Part shown: positions 30,521 through 40,507 of the stretch, piece after piece | Layout of the letters: every line of letters begins with the position of its first letter | Position numbering within the stretch: the first letter of the stretch is position 1 | Source: Candidatus Heimdallarchaeota archaeon | GTDB lineage: Archaea; Asgardarchaeota; Heimdallarchaeia; JABLTI01 | Length of the DNA stretch: 42,579 bases | NCBI GenBank assembly: GCA_019056785.1 | Contig: DXJV01000033.1 | Coordinates: 1 to 42,579, forward strand | Direction of reading: 5' to 3' | Notes under the pieces: model-generated | The model's input: the letters and a program-made list of their open reading frames with translations, nothing else | The model's database searches: none | What the model was told of the DNA's origin: nothing | Translations under genes and position numbers: made by a program

Positions 30521-30967
30521 CTAGGTGAACCAAAAGATAGATTTCCAGACTAAAAGGAACAATAGAACCCATATGGCAATTCCAACAAAGCCTAATATGA
30601 TTCCCCCAATTGCTAACCCACGACGTTTTTCTTTAAAAACGCCAATGAAGCCTATGATTATTGCAATGAGTGAGACAGGAATTCCTAACGGTCCGACCAT
30701 GAATTGCATGAAAAAAGAAATAACACCTGCTACAAATGAAATAATTGACATTATTCCTGGATCTGTTTTTGTTGTGGGGGTAACTTGGTATGTTGTTGTT
30801 GCAGTTGTTGAATATGGCGTTGCTATACTTGTGGGCTGTATTGTGGCAGCTGACGCTGCCTTTTCAATATCTAGTTCCAAACTTGCGCCACAATTTTGAC
30901 AAAATTGGTCATCACTTTTAACAACAGAACTACAATAAGAACAAAATTTTGCTTCTTTTGAAGCCAT
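30521..30967 (-). CDS. Zinc-ribbon + DUF4190-like membrane protein
   Basis: FCSYC-x9-FCQNCG, Thr/Ala linker, three TM helices with GLAIGGIILG. Confidence 0.8.
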   Translation of the reverse strand: MASKEAKFCSYCSSVVKSDDQFCQNCGASLELDIEKAASAATIQPTSIATPYSTTATTTYQVTPTTKTDPGIMSIISFVAGVISFFMQFMVGPLGIPVSLIAIIIGFIGVFKEKRRGLAIGGIILGFVGIAIWVLLFLLVWKSIFWFT

Positions 30968-31143
30968 CTTATTTCCCTTCTAGAATCATTATGTATAGAA
31001 TTGGTTAAGCCGTTTAATTAAACGTTTAGAAAAAAATCCTTATGAAAGATGCTCTCTTCCTAAAACTTATTAGTTTTAAAGTTTTTATTCTGATTGGAGT
31101 ATTATTTACCCTTAAGTAAAAACTCTAAGGTAGTGAAAACACA

Positions 31144-31395
31144 ATGCGACCACCGATTTGTGCGATTTGTGATAAGGATCTGGGTGAAGGTGAAGGGGGA
31201 TTAATTTACTTTAAACAACGCTTTTCTGATCGCGTCTGGGAGCGGAAAATGCAACGGATAAATGGTGTTGGCCATCCACCAAATGCCGAATGGTTCTGTG
31301 AAAAGCATTATCCTCGAGCAAAAGAACTTCAGGACCTAACAATCGATAAAGCAATTGCCATTATCCTCAAAGAAGAAGATTCAGAAAAAGGCTAA
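31144..31395 (+). CDS. Small conserved Zn-binding protein
   Basis: MRPPICAIC...GHPPNAEWFCEKH. Confidence 0.75.
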   Translation: MRPPICAICDKDLGEGEGGLIYFKQRFSDRVWERKMQRINGVGHPPNAEWFCEKHYPRAKELQDLTIDKAIAIILKEEDSEKG

Positions 31396-31408
31396 TTCTT
31401 CTCTCCTT

Positions 31409-33808
31409 TTACTTCTTTTTTCCTTGCCTTCTATTTTTCGGTGAAAGTCTAAGGACCAGGCAATCGTCCCTTTTAATTTTAAATGGAAGGCCTTTCTGTT
31501 CAAGTTGTTCCATTGTTATTATCTTTTGCTCCAATGCCGAGCCGAAATAGGAATAAAGCAATTCAATCTTTAGTGGTTGATTTTTGGGCAGGCCTGTTTT
31601 TGCCGGGATTAGGAATTTTATTGTCCCCTCTTTTTTCTTCCCACGATTCAGGAGAAATAAGAAAAGTGATTTCTTTTCTTTGTTGACTCGCCCAACTATT
31701 TCTAATTCCACACTTGTGTCAAAAGTTTTTTTCACGTTGTTCTTATGTAACAATTCCTCAAGAAATTCTCGATTTTGTTTCTTAATTTTCTTCGAGTCAT
31801 GGTAAAAAGCATCAATAACATATCTTGCTCCGAGGGGGGTTCCAATTATGGTGTTTGTTCCTTTTCCAAGTGTGTGTCGGTAGCCAATGGTTCTATTTCG
31901 AACCCTGAGAAATGTTTCAATTCCTTCTTTTTGCCAAATGAATTCTCGAACGAGATAGTCGACTCGAATCTTTCTCCCCTCTTTTGTTGTGGCGATGGTT
32001 CCTTTCGGGCGCCAAGAACGTAAAACATTCAGCCGTTCATTTCGTTCTAGATGGTAGTTGAGATTTCTATTATATCTTCTCAATTGCCGTCGTTTTAGGA
32101 GCAAATTGATTCGTGCGCTTAACAAACGGAATACGCTAGCACTTTTGCCAAAAATTCGTTCTTTGGTCACAACTGCTGGATAGAGTTTTTGAGTGTTGAG
32201 GGGGAAACCATATTCATTCATCACTGGAAAATTAGGCCCTGTGACGAGATGCCCACCTCCTTTTACATAATCTAAAAGTTTCGTATAATCTGCTTTGATA
32301 ATTGCCCCGCGATTGTGGAAGAATATGGTTTTTAGCCGTCTCATCTCTTTCAGCGAAACTTTTTCCAGAGCAATTGGTTTGGGGTTATAGCCATTTGCAA
32401 ACAGATAACCAAGAATGCCATATTCTGCTAACATAGTTAGCACCTTTATTGGTCGAATGTTTTGTCCGCTTTGATCAAAATCACCCGGGATGGTTCGGTG
32501 ATTCATTGCATAGGTGGCAAAAGCAATTTCATCATAAATTTCTTCTGACGCAAGAAGCTCATCATTTGTTTTTTCAATGAAGGAAAAAATTTCTTTAACA
32601 GCATCCAGTCGTTTTAATTTCTTTCCTTTGTGATTTATTAGCCCTTTATAGTAGTACTTATTTCCATCGAGATCCTCGCCATCTCGCGTCATATAGAGGT
32701 TGAGTCCTTTGGCGCCATGAGCAATTGACCCCATAATGGCTTGCACTGTGGCAATGAGTTTCACTTTTACTTTGGGGTCAAACCAACCACAGCCAAGTTC
32801 TGACGCAAATAAGGGCTGATATTCTTCTTGTAAATACCCTTTGAAAATTGAGGGTGTGATAGAATTACGAAACGGATTGTCATGAATTGCTTTTATCCGA
32901 GATGTTTTTGTGTTTACTGTATAGCCATAAATTTCTACAAGTGGGGCTTTTTTCACCGGGTTTGAGGGGTTCAATTGGTTACTTTGTTCATTTATTACAT
33001 AGACTAATGGGATGTCCAATTCAGAAGCAATATCAATTAACGTTTCGAGATATTTGATGATCCAATCTTCGAGAAATGACTGCCAAATCATTGTTTTTGC
33101 AACGTTTAAGCCATCTTTCGGTGGCAAAACTTCCTCGAAGGAGAGATAGCTTTCGACACAATAGACGCTCAAGGTCTGTGGGTCGCCAAACACTTCTTCG
33201 AGCCATTGTTGGAAATACTTGATCGTTGACTCATTAAAGTCCACACGCCCAACATTATAATTGTACATCAGCCCTGTTTCATTATCTAGTTGGAAGATGA
33301 TTATCGGATCTTCGAAGTAGTCTTGAAATTCTTCTTTTAGTTTAGCATACCATTTACTCACTAGTTCAATGTATTTTGGATGATTCAAGCTAACGTTAAA
33401 ATAATTCTCATATTTCTCGAGAGAACCATCAACCCGTTTCACAATTACTTCCGGATAAAGCTCACCTATCCAAAGGGGGATGCCAAAGCCAGGATATTCC
33501 GAATAAATGAATGGCCCAGGACGAAAAATCACAGGAAGGCCAACTTTTCGGCAGATGTCGAGGAATTTCCTAAGGTCTCTTCGAGGGTTCGTTTCGCCGG
33601 TAAAATCAAAGAAGTTTTCATAAATCTCATGAAAAATCCATGGGACATAAGTAGAAATTACATTTATTTTTCCTTCTTTCTTCAGCAGTTTTAGGTCTCC
33701 CTCCCATGATTCTGGATCCACCCGAAAATAATGGTACTCCCCTGAACGCAGGAATACTTCTTTCCCATTAAGCTGGAATCGCCCATTCATCGTTGTTAAT
33801 TGATACAC
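31409..33808 (-). CDS. GH35/GH42-type beta-galactosidase-like glycoside hydrolase
   Basis: SGEYHYFR, TYVPWIFHE, RPGPFIYSE, GIPLW, QLDNE, SELGCGW, trimerisation-like domain (YVKGGGHLV). Confidence 0.88.
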   Translation of the reverse strand: MYQLTTMNGRFQLNGKEVFLRSGEYHYFRVDPESWEGDLKLLKKEGKINVISTYVPWIFHEIYENFFDFTGETNPRRDLRKFLDICRKVGLPVIFRPGPFIYSEYPGFGIPLWIGELYPEVIVKRVDGSLEKYENYFNVSLNHPKYIELVSKWYAKLKEEFQDYFEDPIIIFQLDNETGLMYNYNVGRVDFNESTIKYFQQWLEEVFGDPQTLSVYCVESYLSFEEVLPPKDGLNVAKTMIWQSFLEDWIIKYLETLIDIASELDIPLVYVINEQSNQLNPSNPVKKAPLVEIYGYTVNTKTSRIKAIHDNPFRNSITPSIFKGYLQEEYQPLFASELGCGWFDPKVKVKLIATVQAIMGSIAHGAKGLNLYMTRDGEDLDGNKYYYKGLINHKGKKLKRLDAVKEIFSFIEKTNDELLASEEIYDEIAFATYAMNHRTIPGDFDQSGQNIRPIKVLTMLAEYGILGYLFANGYNPKPIALEKVSLKEMRRLKTIFFHNRGAIIKADYTKLLDYVKGGGHLVTGPNFPVMNEYGFPLNTQKLYPAVVTKERIFGKSASVFRLLSARINLLLKRRQLRRYNRNLNYHLERNERLNVLRSWRPKGTIATTKEGRKIRVDYLVREFIWQKEGIETFLRVRNRTIGYRHTLGKGTNTIIGTPLGARYVIDAFYHDSKKIKKQNREFLEELLHKNNVKKTFDTSVELEIVGRVNKEKKSLFLFLLNRGKKKEGTIKFLIPAKTGLPKNQPLKIELLYSYFGSALEQKIITMEQLEQKGLPFKIKRDDCLVLRLSPKNRRQGKKK

Positions 33809-34267
33809 TTTTGTCTTTGGACCCCCGAGGATGATTGTGAGTTTTAACCCTATTAATCCAAAATTATTTTCTTATTAAAAGTATTCGCATAAAAAAGTTT
33901 TAAATGACTGGTTGTTTTTCGAGAAAACTTCCTAAATTTCTTCTTTATGATAGCAAAAAATTTTGAGTTTTCAGAATGTGTAATTTAAAGTTTTTTGAAA
34001 ACAAGTGAAAAAAATGAAAAAGAGAGACATTAGTTAATGTCCTTATACCTATTTTGGCAAATAATCGGTTCATTTTTCACAAATATTATTGTTATTATAT
34101 TAATTTAAGCAAAAAAATTGAAAAACTTCAAAAGAAGAGTTGAGAAGCTTTCTTGGTTTCAATAAGAGGACCAACTTTTTCGATAACGCTTTGTGTCGGA
34201 TTTTTTTTCTGAAAAGACTTATATAGGAAAAAAAATAACAAAACAACAATCATTTGGAGAGTTGTTC

Positions 34268-35260
34268 GTGAAAGGAAAGAAAGAAAAAATAAATTCAATA
34301 TTATTATTTGTCATTATCGGCTCGTTTTTTGCGAATATCAATATTGTTTGTTCGAAATAGGAGCTTGATCTAATGGTTGAGAATAAAAAAATTGAAATAA
34401 AAACTATTGATGAATTAAAGAAACTGGGTATTGATAAGGAACAACTATTGACTAAGGAACAACATCACTCCATTCAAGAACAACTCTTAGCTAAGGAACG
34501 ATATGATTTCATTAATAACCTTTATTTACTCTCATTTAATATAGCATCACTGATTTCAATAACTATTGTGATAATAGGGCTGTTAATTAAAATCGAATTA
34601 AATTTTATACGTTATCCTTTAGTCTATATTTTACTAGCTCTGCCACAATTAATTTTTGGAATAAGCCTTTTAGTGCATCTCTTTCCTCTTATTCTTCCTT
34701 TATTCAAATTTAAGCCGTATAAGAATAGACTGTTCTACCATATAGATTACAGTAAAATAATCGCAGAGCAAAAAAAACCAACAACTGCCAGATATCGCGT
34801 TTGGAAAATAACTTTAATTATTCTTAGTACTTTAGGAGCTTTCATAACCCTGGGAAATATTATTCTATTTGTTGTAGAAATAGTGCTTTGAAAAAATCCA
34901 TTGGAACTATTGCCGAAGGCAGGAATGACTGATGAAGAGAACCGCACACTTCTCCTTGCCCGAGCAGCAAATATTACTGTCAACTGGCGTTCCTCAGGGC
35001 ATACCGCTGAATTGGTTCCACTCTTTTGCTTTGGGCAACCTTTAGAAAACTTGACAACTGGCTTCACAATTGATAACACGGAAATCTTCCAATTAATGCT
35101 GGCATTCTATAATCATGCTATTCTCTCTCTAAGTACTCTAAAGTTAGCATTTGCCCTTCCTGGATTAGTCGTGCTCTCTCTGTGGGTCTTTCTCTTGAGT
35201 CACTTACTTAAAAAGAAAAAAAGCCTTGTTCTTAAAGAAAAGAAAAAATACTTTCAATAG
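34268..35260 (+). pseudogene. Relic of a membrane-anchored alkaline phosphatase: signal peptide (34268-34360) and C-terminal fragment (34892-35260)
   Basis: GGAGAG SD, GTG, then MKGKKEKINSILLFVIIGSFFANINIVCSK*. The downstream fragment NWRSSGHTAELVPLFCFG...IDNTEIFQLM matches the AP C-terminal motif (W.s.gHT..dVP....G...dNT.I), followed by TM and a lysine tail. Confidence 0.7.
34373..34891 (+). CDS. AT-rich three-TM hypothetical membrane protein inside the phosphatase relic
   Basis: Own AGGAG SD, three hydrophobic segments, Ile/Leu-rich and visibly more AT-rich than flanking genes. Confidence 0.75.
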   Translation: MVENKKIEIKTIDELKKLGIDKEQLLTKEQHHSIQEQLLAKERYDFINNLYLLSFNIASLISITIVIIGLLIKIELNFIRYPLVYILLALPQLIFGISLLVHLFPLILPLFKFKPYKNRLFYHIDYSKIIAEQKKPTTARYRVWKITLIILSTLGAFITLGNIILFVVEIVL

Positions 35261-35266
35261 GTGGCG

Positions 35267-35599
35267 TTAATCATAATCATTTTGTTCGAAGGTTCGTTCT
35301 GCTGCCACGCCCCGATGGGTTTCTTTCAGCTGTTTTTGTAGCAGCTTGCCTGTAGGGCTAATAACAACATTGCCAACTAAAATATGTGTCCGGTCATTTT
35401 TCGCAAAACCATCTTCATTAAACATATATTCAAAAGAAACAGTGCAGGTGCCGTCGCGTTCTTCATTTAATTGTAGAATGGTTAATTCTTCAATCTCGTA
35501 ATGAGGATGTAATGGTTGCCCCCATCCGGTTTCTTCATGGATGTATGCAAGGATGATGGCTTTTACATCTTCAAATTTGATCGTTAATTCCTCCAACAT
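35267..35599 (-). CDS. Hypothetical protein
   Basis: 110-aa acidic ORF co-oriented with the sulfotransferase. Confidence 0.7.
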   Translation of the reverse strand: MLEELTIKFEDVKAIILAYIHEETGWGQPLHPHYEIEELTILQLNEERDGTCTVSFEYMFNEDGFAKNDRTHILVGNVVISPTGKLLQKQLKETHRGVAAERTFEQNDYD

Positions 35600-35645
35600 T
35601 TTACTCTTTGTCTTTTATCAAATATAATAGTATCTAATTTGATTT

Positions 35646-36830
35646 TTACTCCTCACAGGGCTCTTTTCGCCCTCGTAGATGTTTGCGAATATTCTTCCGC
35701 TCAATACGGTTATCAAGGCGTTTGAGTTTCTTATACCCCAAGCGTTCGAGTGTAAATTTCCACCGCGTGGCAATCTCCTGTTCCAATTCTTTGTCAAGTG
35801 TATGAACATTTCGTTGGTAATTCTTTTGAGCAGCAACGTAATGTTGGAAGTGATCTTTTACCTTCTCGAAGCCTTGAAGGTTAAGGCCCGAGTAAATTTG
35901 CTCTAACCCTTGGAGAGGGTTTTGAATAAAGGTTTCATATTTAATTTCGATCAAATTTCCTTTGGGAATTAATTGTTTCTCCATAAAAAATCGTTGAAAC
36001 ATCTCTTCATAGAGGTCAAAGATAATTTCCTTTCCTTCTTTCATACTAAACGGTTTTTGTAAGAAAAAATATGGGAACATTTTTTCATACATGCGAAGCG
36101 TTGATGGGAACACATCGAATGGGTTTCTATAAATATGAATGAATTTGGCTTCCGGAAACAGTTTTAAGAGCAACCCTATCCGATAGGTGTGCGCGGGATT
36201 CTTTAATATTAATTGCTTGCCACCAGCTTCATAAGTGACTTTCTTCAAGAAATTCAAGAATACTCGCGTCCATTTCTTCACGATTTTCCTTGGCAGGCCT
36301 TCCATTGAGCAATAGCGGGCATAAAACCGAATATTCTTCGGAAAAGCAATCCCGTGGTAGAGTGAATAGTTAGTAAGATTGGCAAGAGCATATTCATCTT
36401 CCTGAGGTTCATGTAAACCTAATCTGATGTTATCCATTCGTCGTTTAGCCGGAAGAAAGCGGCGAAGTAATCCTTGAAAGAGTTTTCCACTGCAAAGGAA
36501 GATGTTAGGCATAAAAGCATGTACATTAGTGACGTAGCCAAATTGCTTGTCTTGGATCATTAAGGAATGAAGAAAAGTCGTACCACTGCGCCAATGGCCA
36601 ACGATAAAGATCGGTTGTTGTTTGAAGACCGTCCGTCTGATGCGTTTGGCATAGCGTAGTTTTTCATAGAGCACAAAAGGACTGGTTAAAAGTGTGATAA
36701 CGCTAATAAATAGTGCCCTGGGAAAATAGCGCAAACTGATTTTGAACCGGTTTTCATAGAGTAATTTCAACCAATTAGTAAAGGTTGTGCCGGTAAGTGT
36801 CTGTTCTGTAATTTTATTATTCTCTAACAT
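35646..36830 (-). CDS. Sulfotransferase family protein (Stf3-like)
   Basis: FIVGHWRSGTT PAPS loop, EPQEDE, LKNPAHT, HIYRNP. Confidence 0.9.
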   Translation of the reverse strand: MLENNKITEQTLTGTTFTNWLKLLYENRFKISLRYFPRALFISVITLLTSPFVLYEKLRYAKRIRRTVFKQQPIFIVGHWRSGTTFLHSLMIQDKQFGYVTNVHAFMPNIFLCSGKLFQGLLRRFLPAKRRMDNIRLGLHEPQEDEYALANLTNYSLYHGIAFPKNIRFYARYCSMEGLPRKIVKKWTRVFLNFLKKVTYEAGGKQLILKNPAHTYRIGLLLKLFPEAKFIHIYRNPFDVFPSTLRMYEKMFPYFFLQKPFSMKEGKEIIFDLYEEMFQRFFMEKQLIPKGNLIEIKYETFIQNPLQGLEQIYSGLNLQGFEKVKDHFQHYVAAQKNYQRNVHTLDKELEQEIATRWKFTLERLGYKKLKRLDNRIERKNIRKHLRGRKEPCEE

Positions 36831-37012
36831 AGTGCTGATGAGCCCCTATCTTGTCTGCAAAGGACTAACTCTGGTTGCCAAACCAATTGAACTATAAATC
36901 CTCATCCTAAAAGTCTTTCTTTAGATAGCAATGAATAAATGCTCCATTAAGAGGAAAAGGGTTTGACAATGAATTTATAAGAGGAATTCATACTAGTTCT
37001 CTTGATGGTAAA

Positions 37013-37585
37013 ATGACTGGTCAAATACCCGATATCTTTCTCTATAATGAGAGTGAATATGATATCGTTGGCATAGAGGGAGGGGAACTTTTCAACCCTT
37101 CTGAGTATGGTTTTAACCCACGACCAAATTCTACTGCCTGTTGGCGTGGTTTTCAATTATTCTTTTCAATAGACGATAAGAAGCGCCTAATTCTTGATAA
37201 AATGTACATAAATCAAAAAGAGAGGAAGATTTTCCAAGGTAAAAAGCCAAAAAGAGTTCGAAAGCCAGAAGGAATCACTTTTCCTTATCATTATTTTAAT
37301 CTGCAGTTTCAACTAAACTTCTCTGATTCGATATTAATTGCTAAAGATTTTATTAACGAATATTACATTCATATGGGATTTCAATCCCCGCGAAGTTATA
37401 AAATTGTGTTTGAACTTACGTTTAAAGACGGTCTACTTATTTCTGAGAAAGATCTCTCAGAACAAATGGAAAAAGATCGTTCATCAGAACAAAACCTCCC
37501 GCAAAGGCCATCTGTCTCTGCAAGCGAAGAGGAAATCACTTCATGGATAAAGGAAACATTCGACCTTGATTATAAAAAAGAGTGA
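37013..37585 (+). CDS. Conserved hypothetical protein (STACWRG motif)
   Basis: MTGQIPD start, STACWRGF, YIHMGFQ, ELTFKDG. Confidence 0.75.
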   Translation: MTGQIPDIFLYNESEYDIVGIEGGELFNPSEYGFNPRPNSTACWRGFQLFFSIDDKKRLILDKMYINQKERKIFQGKKPKRVRKPEGITFPYHYFNLQFQLNFSDSILIAKDFINEYYIHMGFQSPRSYKIVFELTFKDGLLISEKDLSEQMEKDRSSEQNLPQRPSVSASEEEITSWIKETFDLDYKKE

Positions 37586-37615
37586 TCGAAAAAGGATAGA
37601 GAGTTGAAATAGAAA

Positions 37616-37903
37616 ATGGTCATAGATGGTTCTAATGATGACTCACAAATTGTTCCGGGAATTAATTATTTTATAGCTATTTCTAGTGGTGCTATATTCA
37701 TTCTTGGAGGCATTTTACAGCTTTTCTTCGGTGAGATTCAAGGGGGGAAATTTACAGGTGACCTCCTATTGGGTTTTTCCTTTCTCATTCCAGGTCTTTT
37801 TGCTGTTCTATTTGGTATAACGAATTTAACATTAATTGCGGTAAAAAACCGTCGAGAGAAGAAAAGAATACTCGAGGAAAAATTTAGCTATATAAAGAAC
37901 TGA
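37616..37903 (+). CDS. Small two-TM membrane protein
   Basis: Two hydrophobic segments and a basic tail. Confidence 0.6.
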   Translation: MVIDGSNDDSQIVPGINYFIAISSGAIFILGGILQLFFGEIQGGKFTGDLLLGFSFLIPGLFAVLFGITNLTLIAVKNRREKKRILEEKFSYIKN

Positions 37904-38083
37904 TAATGAGTTAACCAGGGGGCGATATGACTTGATTGTGGGTAAGAACGGGTTTGGAAATTAACATTCTGCTGTTAATTCTTGTTTAAACTATTGAGAA
38001 AAATTAACATCTCCAAGTTCGAAGAAACTATAAATACAAGGAAAAGTACTATTAATATCCGACTAATATTTTGTCTTCTCCAT

Positions 38084-38098
38084 AGGAAGCTTTATATT
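38084..38098 (+). promoter_or_regulatory. Putative BRE/TATA promoter of the 23S rRNA transcript
   Basis: AGGAAGC-TTTATATT about 380 nt upstream of the 23S. The sequence becomes structured and more GC-rich about 25 nt downstream. Confidence 0.5.
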
Positions 38099-38432
38099 AG
38101 TCAAGAGAAAGAACCAATCAGCTCGTTTGGTGGCAAAGACGCCACGAAAAAAACAGGCTATGAATAAAACTAATTCATAGTAATGTTTTTAAAAGAAAAA
38201 AAATGAGAAACAAAACCGCTGACGCCGGTTGGGTGAACAAAACGGGCGGAAGCGTAATGTTAAGATCAAAAAAACTATATTGATGCGCTTGGCGAGAATT
38301 GACGGCTCGCTGAGTAAGAGGTAAAGCGACGATGAAGCCTCGGCATTGGGTGTAGAACTGCCAAAAAGTGCACATGCTAGACCAAATGTCGAAGAGCTCA
38401 TTTTAGCATCGTCGGATTGTACCGTAGAAGGC

Positions 38433-38457
38433 CACACTTCTTCAAGTGAAATCTAGA
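38433..38457 (+). other. 5' arm of the pre-23S processing stem
   Basis: CACACTTCTTC (38433-43) pairs with GAAGAAGTGTG (42569-79) and TCTAGA (38452-57) with TCTAGA (42556-61), separated by A-rich bulges (BHB-like). Confidence 0.8.
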
Positions 38458-40507
38458 TCTCCAAAGTAGGTTCCGACACGCAAACGCCATCTGGGGGATG
38501 GATAGGCTTGAGCGCCGATGAAGGCCGTGGCTAGCTGCGATAAGCGCGGGGTAGTTGCAGGCAAACGTCGATCCCGCGATTGCCGAATAGGAATTCCATG
38601 TATGGACCAATAAGCCATACAACTCCGTAAGGAGGGGGAACGCACCGGACGGAAACATCCAAGTAGGTGCAGGAAAAGAAATCACCTGAGATGCCCTGAC
38701 TGTAACGGCGAGTGAAAGGGGCATAGACCAAACTGAATCCTGGCGGGCGACCGTTAGGAGATGTGGTGTTGTGGTCTGTCACTAAATTCTGCGTATGATA
38801 GTCGAATATCCTGGAAAGTTTAGCCTTAGAAGGTGATAGCCCTGTAGGCGAAATCATACCCAGAAGGAGACAGTAACCAGAATAACGGGGGTTGGAAATC
38901 TCTCGTGAACTGGGGCACAACGAGCTCCAAGTCTAAATACGTCTCAAGACCGATAGCGCAATAGTAACGTGAGTGAAAGCTGAAAAGTAACCCGGAAGGG
39001 TGGTGAAAAGTGCCTGAAACCAGATGGTTATAGACGTTTGTGGTCCGAAAGCGTAGAGTCTGGACGAAGAGAAGGCTGGTGACGGCTGGATCGAGTTCAG
39101 AGGAGCGGGATCACAAGATCCGTCTAGAAACACGGGCCAGGGAGTTTGCCCTCGTGGCGAGCTTAAGGGTTTCAAAGACCCGAAGGCGGAGCGAAAGCGA
39201 CAAGTCCGCAGCTTGCAAGGGACGCCGTCTGAAAGGGCGGGAAGTCACGGGGGTAAGACCCGAAACCGGACGATCTATCCGTGGACAGGCTGAAGCCCGG
39301 GGAAACTCGGGTGGAGGGCCGAACAAGTGTTGACGTGCAATTCACGTTTGTTGATCTGCGGATAGGGGCAAAAGACCAATCTAGTCCGGTGATAGCTGGT
39401 TCCCAACGAAGTGGACATAGGCCAGCCTGATTTGAGGTGGCGCATTCGGTAGAGCAAGGATTCGTGGTCATGGGGAGTAAAATCCTCACCCATGAGTCAA
39501 ACTACGAACGGATGCGTACCATAGACGATCAGAGTCGGGCGTGCGTGCGTAAGGCACGTGGCCGAAAGGGGAATAACCCAGACCATGGTTAAGGACCCCA
39601 AGTCTCGATTAAGTGTTAAAATCGGAAGGGCGTCCTTGGACTAAGACAGTTAGGCGGTAGGCTCAGAAACAGCCACCCGCTAAGCAACACGTAACAGTGG
39701 ACTAACCGAGTCCTTGGGCCCCGAGAATGGACGGGGCTAAATCGAGCTCCGAGACCATGGGGCACACTGCAAGGTGTGATCCGGTAGTTGGGCGATCGGG
39801 TTGGGCGGAAGTAGGGCAGTGATGTCCTGTGGACCGACCCGATTTGCAGATCCTGGCGATAGTAACAGCAAAGAGAGGTGAGAATCCTCTCCGCCGAAAG
39901 GGCTAGGGTTTCACGGCAACGTTCGTCAGCCGTGAGTTAGTCGATCCTAAGGCCAGTCTTACCTGAGCTGGTCGAAAGGGAAACAGGTTTAAATTCCTGT
40001 ACTGCGTGGATACGCCAGAAGCGGCAACGCAAAGCTCATCTTCTGACGCGACTGGATAGGCTCTGTTAAGCCATCGCTTAATTTAACTGTATAACCCTCC
40101 GAAGTACTGTGACAGTGAGAAGGAGGCGAAAGCAGGAATAGGCTGCCAATAGTGGCGGCTAGAGCTGCTTCCACTCGCCCATGAAAAGGAAGATGAGAAG
40201 GATTCCACGTAATCGTACCGAGAACTGACACAGGTGTCCCTAGGTGAGAAGCCTAAGGCGTGTTCGGTCAAAGATGGTGAGGGAAATCGGCAAATTCGCC
40301 CTGTAACTTTGGGATAAAGGGTGCCTGTGGGCTTGAAAGGGCTCGCAGGTCGCAGTGACAAGAGGGGGGCAACTGTTCAATTCAAACATAGCAAACTGCA
40401 AGAGCGAAAGCTTGTGAACAGTTTGTGAATCCTGCTCAATGCTGGTAAGTCAAAGCCGGTTACAACCGGTCTAAGCTCCAGTCAATAGCGGGAGTAACTA
40501 TGACTCT

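Noticed and set aside
852-37550. Antisense or alternate-frame ORFs inside larger genes (e.g. 3144-3605, 8739-9125, 28711-29256, 30525-30899)
   Set aside because: They overlap well-supported genes and lack motifs.
38100-38430. tRNA or 5S gene in the rRNA leader
   Set aside because: No cloverleaf with a TTCRA T-loop and no 5S motifs visible.
39020-39260. Supersized ES7/ES9 in 23S domains I-II
   Set aside because: Lengths look within the ordinary archaeal range by eye. An alignment would be needed to claim otherwise.
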